From the human T2T-CHM13v2.0 reference genome, Homo sapiens: a DNA stretch of 64,000 nt. The notes beneath the pieces are model-generated. The model saw only the letters and a program-made list of their open reading frames with translations, did not search any database and was not told the origin of the DNA. Where the stretch lies: the NCBI RefSeq assembly GCF_009914755.1, contig NC_060948.1, one strand, 5' to 3'. Both the position numbers and the translations under genes were made by a program. Positions 55,433-64,000 of the stretch are shown piece after piece. The stretch's first letter is position 1, and every line of letters starts with the position of its first letter.

Positions 55433-58400
55433 ATGGAATGGAATGGAATGGAATGGAATGGAATGGAATGGAATGGAATAGAATGGAATGGAATGGAATC
55501 GACTCAAATATAATGGACTCAAATGCAATGGCCTCAAATAGAATGAACTCGAAAGGAATGTTCCAAATGGAGTTTATTCGAATAAAACGGAAAAGAATGT
55601 AATGCAATAGTATGCAATGGAATCGAATGAATCCATTCTTACGGAATAGAATTGAATGGAAGAGGTTCGAATGAAACGGACTGGAATGGAATGGATTGCA
55701 ATAGAATGGTCTCGAATGTAAAGGACTGCCATGAAATTGATTCGAATGGAATGGAACCGAATTGAATCGAATCAAAATGAATGGAATTGAACGCAATGGA
55801 ATGGAATACAATGGAATGCAATGGAATGGAAAGAGCGGAATCGAATGGAATGGAATCGAATGGAATGGAATCCCTTGGAATGGACTGAAATGTAATGGAC
55901 TCGAATGGATTGGACTGGAACAAAATGCAATCAACCAGATTGGAATCATTTGGAACGTAATGGAATGGAATAGAATGGAACAGAATGTAATATAATGGTC
56001 TCGAATGGAATGGATTCGAATGGAATGGAATTGAATGGAATTTTATGAAATAGAATGCAATTGAAAGGAAAAGAATGGAATGGAGTGTATTGGAAAGAAC
56101 TCCATTGGAATGGAAAGGAAAGGAATCGAATGGTATGTATTGGAATTGAACAGACTCCTAGGGAATGGATTAGAGTGGAATGCACACGAAAGGTATGCAA
56201 ATTAATGGAATCGAAAGGAATGGAATGGAATAGAATGGAATGGTATTGGATGGAATGGAATGGAATGGAGACAAAATGAATAGAATTGTATGGAATGGTA
56301 TGGAATGGAATGGAAAGGAATGAACTTGAATGGATTCGAATGGAATGGAGTCGAATGCAATGGAATCGAATGCAATGGCTTCAAATGGAATGGAATGGTA
56401 TTTAATGGAATGCAATGGAATGGAATGCAGCCAAATGTAAGGGACTCGAATGTAATAGACTCAAAAATGATGGACACGAATGGAAGGAACACGCATGGAA
56501 TTTTTTCCATTAGAATGGAATTGAATTGTATGCCATAGTATGGAATGGAATCGAATGGAATGGAATCGAATGGAGTGGACTGGAAAGGAATGGACTGGAA
56601 TACGTTGGACACGAATGTAATGGATTACAATGTAATTGTTTCGAATGCAATGGAATCAAATGGAATGTTATCAAAAGGCATTGAAAGGAACGCAATGGAA
56701 TGGAATGGAATGAAATGGAATGGAATGGAATGGAATGGAATGGAATGGAATGGAATGCAATGCAATGCAATGGAATGGAATGGAGTAGAATCGAGTGGAA
56801 TGGAATCGAGTGGAATGGAATCGAGTGAATGGAATCGAATGGAATGGAACCGAATGGATCAGAATCGGATACAATTTACTGGAATGGAATGGACTCGAGT
56901 GGAATGGACTGGAATAAAATGAAATTGCATAGATTAGAACAGAATGGAACGAAATGGAATGGAATGGAATGGAATGGAATGGAAAGGAATGGAATGGAAT
57001 GGAATGGACTCGATGGGAATGGAGTGCAATGGAATGTAATCAAATTGAATGGAATGGAGTAGAAATGAAGTGAATGGAATGGGAAGGAATAGAATGGAAT
57101 GGAGTGTAATGGAAATATTTCGAATGGAAAGGAATGGAATGGTATGGACTCGACTGGAATGGACTGGAATGAAATGGACTCGAATGGAATGGACTGGAGT
57201 GGAAGGGAATTGAATGGTACAGAAACGAATAGAACGGAATGGAAAATAATAGAATGGAATGGAATGGAATGGAATGGAATAGAATCGAATGGAATGGAGT
57301 CAAATGGAATAGAATCGAATGGAATGCAATGGAATGGAATGGAATGGAATGCAAAGGACTCGAATAGAATGTATTCGAATGGAATGGAATGGAATGGACA
57401 CAAATACAATGGACTCGAAGGGAATTGACCCAAATAGAAAGGACTCGAAAGGAATGGCATCGAATGGAATTTATTCGAATAGAATGGAATCCAATTGCAT
57501 GCAATGGGATGGAATGGAATGGAATAGAAAAGAATGGACAGGAAAGGAATGGACTTGTATGGAAAGGACTAGAATGTAGTGGATTGCAAAGTAAATGGTT
57601 CAAATGGAATGGAATCTAATGGAAAGTATTCAAATGGAATTGAATTGAATGAATCAGATGGGAATACAAAGGAATGCAGGAGAATGGAACGGAGGGGAAT
57701 TGAGTGGGATGGAATTTTGTGGAATGGAATCCAATGGAATGGAATCGAATGAAATGGATTCGAATGGAATTGACATCAACAAAATTGAATCGAATGAGTT
57801 GGAATCAAATGGAATGGAATGGAATGGAATGGAAAGGAATGGAATGGAATGGAATGGAATGTACTAAAATGGAATGTAGTGGAATGGAACGGAACTGAAT
57901 GGAATGGAATCAAATAGAATGGAATTGAATGGAATCGAATGAAATGGAATGGAATGGAGTGAAATGGAATGATATCGATTGGATTGAAATGGACTCGAAT
58001 GAAATGGACTGGACTGGAATGGAATGGAATCGAATGGAATGGATCTGAACGGAATGGACTGGAAAAGAACGGAATCAAATTTAATGGATTGCAATGTATT
58101 TGATTCGAATGTAATGGAATCCAAATTGAATATAATCAAATGGAATTTAATGGAATGCAAAGGAATGGAATAGAATGGAAAGCAGGGGAAATAAATGGAG
58201 TGGAATCGATTCTAATGGAATCGAAAGGAAAGGAGTTGAATGGAATAGATTCAAATGGAATGGACTCAAATGAAATAGAATTGAGTCGAGTGGCATCAAA
58301 TGGAATGGAATGGAAAGGAACGGAATAGACCACAAAGTAATGTACTTAAATGAAATGGACTCAAATAGAATGAAACAAAAAGGAATGTTCTTAAATGGAA

Positions 58401-61400
58401 TTTATTTGAATAGAATGGAATCGAATGGAATTCAATAGTATGGAATGGAATCGAATGGATGGAGTCAAATGGATTGGACCGGAAAGAAATGGACTCGAAT
58501 GGAATGGACAGGAATGTATTGGCTTACAATGTAATTGATTCGAATGGAATGGAACTGAATGGAATGTAATCAAACGGATTGGATGGGAATGCAATGCAAT
58601 AGAATAGAATGGAATGCAGTGGAATGGAATGGAATGGAATGGAATCGAGTGAAATGGAATCGAACAGAATGGAATCGAATGGAATGGAATCTATTGGAAT
58701 GTACTGGAATATAATGGACTCAAATGGATTGGACTGTAACAAAATGGAATAGAACAGATTGGAATCGAATGGAACAGAATGGAATTGAATGGAATGGACT
58801 CGAATAGAATGGAGTCGAGTGGAATGGATTTGAATGGAATGGAATGAAATAGAATGGAATTGAATGGAATCGATAGGAGGAGAATGGAATGCAGTGTAAT
58901 GGAAAGAAATCGAATCGAATCGAAGGGAATGGACTCAAATGGAAAGTGCTGGAATTGAATGGACAAGAATGGAATGGATTGGAGTGCAATGGATGCGAAT
59001 GAAAATGAAACGAATGGAATGGAATGGAATTGAAAGGAATGGAATAGAAAGGAAAAGAATGGAATGCAATCCGAAGGAACTTAAGAAATGGAATGATGTT
59101 GAATGGAATGGAATGGAATGGAATGGAATGGAATGGAATGGAATGGAATAGAGTTGAACCAGAATGGAATGGAGTGGAATGGAATGGACAGGAATATATT
59201 GCATTGCAGCCTAATTGTTTAAAACGGAATGCAATCGAATGGAATAGAATGGAATGGAGTGTAATGGAGAGGTATCAAACGGAATGGAATTTAACGGAAT
59301 GGACTCGAGTGGAATGGACTGGAATGGAATGCAATCGAATAGAATGGACTGGAATTGAATGCGCTCGAATGGAATAGATAGGATTGGAATGGACACGAAT
59401 GGAATGGAAATGAATGGAATGGAAAGCAATAGAATGGAATGGAATTGGATGGAACGAAATGGAATGCAATTGATTTGAGTGGAATAGAATCGAATGGAAT
59501 GGCATCAACTGGAATGGAATTGAATTGAATGGACTCGAATGGAATGGATTCGAATACAATATAATCGAATGGAATGGATTCGAATAGAATATAATTGAAT
59601 GGAATGGCACGTAGTGGAATGGAATGGACCCAAATGGAATGGACTCGAATGGAATCGAAAGAAATGTTCCCGAGTGGAATCTATCAGAATAAAATGTTAT
59701 CGAATGGAATGCAAAAATATGGAATGGAATCGAATGGAATGCAATCGAATGGAATGGACAGGAATGGAATGGACTGGAAGAGAATGGACTCTAATGTAAT
59801 GGATTGCAATGTAATTGTTTCGAATAGAATGTATGTGAATGGAACTTGATCAAGTGGAATGGAATGGAATGCAATGGAATGCTACGGAGTGCAATCAAGT
59901 GGAATGCAATCAAATGGAGTGGAATCGAATGGAATGGAATCCAATGGAAAGGACTGGCATGGAAAGGACTCCAATGGATTGGACTGGAATAAAATGGAAC
60001 TGAACGGATTGCAATCAAATGGAAAGGAACGGAATGGAATGAATTGGAATGGAATGGAGTCAAAAGGAAGGGAAACATATGTTATGGAATTGAATTGATA
60101 TGAAACGAATAGAATGGAATGGAGTGTAATGGAAAGATGTGGAATGGAATGGAATGGACTCGAATGGAATGGACCAGAATAAAATGGACTCGAATGGATT
60201 AGAAAAGAATGGAATGGAATGGAATGCAACCGAATGTAATGGAAAGGAACAGAATGGAATGGAATCAGATGGAATGGAATGGAAGGGATTGGAGTCGAAC
60301 AGAATAGAATCAAAAGTAATGGGATCGATTGGAATGGAATGGAATGGACTCGATTGGAATGGCATAGAATGGAATGGACTGGAGTGAAATGGAATCGAAT
60401 GGAATGGAAACGAATGAAATGGAATGGAATGGAACAGAAACGAACGAAATGGAATGGTATTGAATGGAATGGAGTGGAATGGAATGGAATGGAATGCAAT
60501 GGAATGGAATAGAATGGAATAGAATCGGATGGAATGGAATGGAATGCAATGGAGTCGAAAGGAATAAAATCGAAAGGAATGGCATCAAATGGAATGGAAT
60601 GGACTCGAATGGAATGGACTCGAATGGAATAGAATTGAAAGAATTGGCATTGAATGGAATGGAATGGAATGGTATGGACCCAAAGGTAATGGATTCGAAT
60701 TGATTGGACTCATGTAGAATGGACTATAAAGAAATTGTTTCGAATGCAATTTATATGACTAAAGTGGAATCGAATGGAAGGCTATAGTATGGAATGGAAT
60801 CGAATGAAATGGAATCGAATAGAATGGACTGGAATGGAATGGACTGGAATAAAATGGAATCGAATGTAATGGATTGCAATGTAACTGATGTGAATGGAAT
60901 GGAATATAATTGAATGGAATCGAATTCGAATTGACATAAGAGGAATGGACTGGAATAGTATGGACTCGTATGTAATGGAATGGAATGTAATTGATTCGAA
61001 AAGAGTGGAGTTGGATGGAATGTAAGAAAATGGAATGCAATAGAATGCAAAGTAATGGAATAGAATGGAAAGTAATGGAATGCAAAAGAGAGCAATAGAG
61101 TGGAATGTAATCGAATGGAATGGACTGGAATTGAATGGACTCGAATGCAATGGACTGGAACAAAATTGAATAGAACGGATTGGAATCGAAAGGAATGGAA
61201 AGGAATAGAATGGAATCGAATCGACATGAATGGAATGGAGTGAAACGGAATGGAATCGAATAGAATGGAATCGAATGGAATGGAATTGAATGGATTCGAA
61301 AGGAATAGAATGGAATGGAGTTTAATGGAAAGATATCGAATGGAATATACTGGAATAGAAAGGAATAAAATGTAACGGATTGTAATGTAATTGATTCGAA

Positions 61401-61527
61401 TGGAATGGAATCGAATGGAATGTAATCAAATGGAATGGAAAGGAATGCAATGGAATGGTATAGAGTGAAGTGCAATGGAATGGAACAGAGTGGAATCGAG
61501 TGCAATGGAGTTCAATGGAATGGAATG

Positions 61528-64000
61528 GAATGAAAAGGAATGGAATGGAATGCAATAGAATGGAGTAGAATGGAATGCAGTGGAATAAAACGGAGAGGAA
61601 TCGAGTGGAATGGAGTCAATTGGAATTCACTGGAACAATCGAATGGATTGGAATCAAACGGAAAGGAATGGAATGGAATGCAATGGAATGGAATCTAAAG
61701 GAATGGATTCGAATGGAATGGAATCGAATGGAATGGAATTGAATGGAATGGAATTTTATAGAATCAAAAAGAATAGACTGGAATGGAGTGTAATGGAGAA
61801 TTATCAAATGGAATGTAATGGAAAGGATTGGATTCAAATGGAATGGACAGGAATGGAATGGACTCGAATGAAATGGACTAGAGTGGAATGGAAACGAATG
61901 GAAGGGAAACGAATGAAATGCAATGGAATGGAATGCACTGGAATGGAAACGAAAGGAATAGAATGGAATGGAATCAGATGCAACTGATTGGAAGGGAATG
62001 GAGTCAATTGGAATAGAATCAAATCCAATGGTAACGCATGGTGTGGAATGGAAAGGACTCGAATGGAATGGACGCGAATGGAATGGCATCAAATGGAATG
62101 GAATGGAGTGAACTGGAATGAACTGGACCCAAATGTAATGGACTAGAGTGGAATGGACTCAAATAGAATGGACTCAAAACCAACTATCTCGAATGGAATT
62201 TATTCGAATAGAATGGAATCAAATGTAATGCAATACTATGGAATGGAATTGAAAGGAATGGAATCGAATGGAATGGACTGGAAAGGAATGGACTGGAATA
62301 GAATGGACTCAAATATAATGGATTGCAATGTAATTGATTCAAATGAAACGGAATCGAATGGAATGTAATCAAATTGAATGGAAAGCAATGCAATGTAATG
62401 GAATAGAATGGAATGCAACTGAGTGGAACGGAACGGAGTGGAATCGAGTGGAATCGAACCGAGTGGAATGTAATCAAATGGAATAGAATTGATTGGAGTG
62501 GACACCAAAGAAATGGACGTGGGAAAAAACGCAATCAAACAGATTGGAATAGAAAGAAACGGAATGGAATGGAATGGAATGGAATGGAATGGAATGGAAT
62601 GGAATGGAGTGGAATGGAATGGAATGGAATGGAAAGGACTCGAATTGTGTGGAGTATAATGGATTGGTATGGAATGGAATGAAATTGATGGTAAAGGAAA
62701 AATCTTGAATGGAATGGAATGTAAGAGCATGGAATCAAATGGAATGAACTGGAATGGAACACACTGGAATGGAATGCACTGTAATCGAATGGACTCGAAT
62801 GAAATGGATATGAATGGAATGGAATGGAATGGAATCTAGTGGATTTGAATGGAATCGAATGGAAAGGATACGAATGGAAAGGAATAGATTGGAAGGAATA
62901 GGATGGAAAGGAATAGAATGGAATGGAGACGAATGGAATAGAATCGAATGGTATGGCATCAAGTGGAACGGAATGGAATGGAACGGACTCAAATGTAATG
63001 GACTCGAAAGGAATAGAAATGAACGGAATGGCATTGAATGGAATGGAATGGAATGGACCCAAATGTAATGGACTCGAAGGAATGAATTCAAATAGAATGT
63101 ACTCGCAAAGAGTGGTCTCGATGGGAATTAATTTGAATAGAATCGAATCGAATGGAATGCAATAGAATGCGATGGAATCAAATGGAATGGAACAGAAAGT
63201 AATGGACTGAACTAGAATGGTCTGAAATGTAATGGATTACAATATATTTGATTTGAATGGAATGGAATCGAATGTAATGTAGTCAAAAGAAATTGAATTT
63301 TACACAATGGAATGGAACAGAATGGAATGCAATGGAATGGAAGGGAGTGCAATGGAATGGAATGGAATGGCATGGAATGGAATGGAATGGAATGGAGTGG
63401 TATCTGATGGAATGGAATGGAATGGAGTGGAATGGACTCGAATGGAATTGATTCAAAACGAATGGAATGGATTCAAACCAATAGAATCAAACGGAATGGA
63501 ATCAAATGGAATGGAATTGAATGGAAATGAAACGAATAGAATGTAATGGAGTGTAATGCAAAGATATTGAATGGAATGAAATGGACTCGAATGGAATGGA
63601 ATTTAATGAAATGGACTAGAATGTAATGGACTTCAGTGGAACGGACTCGAATTGAATAGAAACAAATGGAATGCAATGGAGTGAAAGCAAATGAAATGGA
63701 AAGGAATAGAATGGAATGCAATCACACGGAAGGGAATGGAGGTTAAAGGAGTCGAATGGAATAGAATCAAATGTAATGGGATCGATTTGAATAGAATATA
63801 ATTGACTCGAATGGAATGGCATAGAATGGAATGGACTAGAGTGAAATTGACTCGAATCGAATGGACTGGATTGGAATGGACTCGAATGGAATGGAATGGA
63901 TTGGACTCGAATGTAATGGACTGGATTGGAATTTACTCAAATGGAATGGACTGGAGTTGAATGGAATTGAATGGAATCCCAAAGAATGGAATGCAATGCA
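61528..64000 (+). repeat. Second copy of the 8,568-bp-offset duplicated segment (runs to the window end)
   Basis: Colinear with 52960-55432 with no indels seen; about 7 substitutions in the first ~500 bp and 2 in the last 5 bp. Confidence 0.93.

Larger units (their letters stand above)
1..64000 (+). repeat. Satellite III (HSat3)-type (GGAAT)n degenerate pentamer satellite array, G/A-rich strand on +
   Basis: Seen: GGAAT pentamers and one-mismatch variants (CGAAT, AGAAT, TGAAT, GGACT, GCAAT, GTAAT, GGAAA) run throughout, with long pure GGAAT runs and no flipped CATTC block. Known: (CATTC)n/(GGAAT)n with long pure runs is the HSat3 pattern; the HSat2 (CATTCGATTC-dominated) pattern does not dominate here. 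Confidence 0.97.
49301..64000 (+). repeat. Divergent HSat3 layer lacking the 7.6/3.8-kb HOR
   Basis: Still GGAAT-based and on the same strand, but I found none of the HOR markers (AACTATGG anchor, GGGCCC, CTGCAG, GGAGCCTAACAG) and the pentamers look more degenerate. Confidence 0.88.

Noticed and set aside
52730-60800. Repeat-spacer-like spacing of a conserved module (CRISPR-like appearance)
   Set aside because: The modules are degenerate and hundreds of bp long, the intervening DNA is the same satellite, spacing is ~1 kb, and there are no cas genes.
1-64000. Hundreds of ORFs of 60-443 aa (e.g. 48915-50246 minus, 37977-39104 minus, 19049-20152 minus)
   Set aside because: A pure GGAAT/ATTCC repeat has no stop codon in any frame and translates to MEWNG or HSIPF. 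The ORFs overlap in several frames, have no domain-like content, and open or close with pentamer slippage between unit copies.
1-64000. Embedded Alu/L1/LTR insertion, alpha satellite, telomeric repeat or strand inversion
   Set aside because: No poly-A tail, target-site duplication around foreign sequence, 171-bp monomer, TTAGGG tract or CATTC-oriented block was seen; departures from the pentamer pattern are only short patches.

Overview
The whole 64 kb is one uninterrupted, single-orientation array of degenerate (GGAAT)n pentamer satellite, i.e. human/great-ape Satellite III (HSat3)-type pericentromeric heterochromatin. I see no genes, RNA genes, transposon insertions, CRISPR arrays or inversions. 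All listed ORFs (MEWNG/HSIPF repeats) are by-products of translating the pentamer. The real structure is higher-order. From 1 to ~49.3 kb lies a homogeneous nested tandem repeat mixing a ~7.6-kb long unit (L) and a ~3.8-kb short unit (S), in the order S-S-L-L-L-S-L-L(partial). S equals L minus a ~3.77-kb internal segment. At ~49.3 kb the array passes through a diverged paralogous tract into an older, more divergent layer. That layer shows a ~0.9-1.0-kb ancestral module periodicity and an 8,568-bp-offset near-perfect duplication. I find no support for a novel protein-coding system. The noteworthy content is the array's architecture and recombination history. All alignments were done by eye and need computational confirmation.
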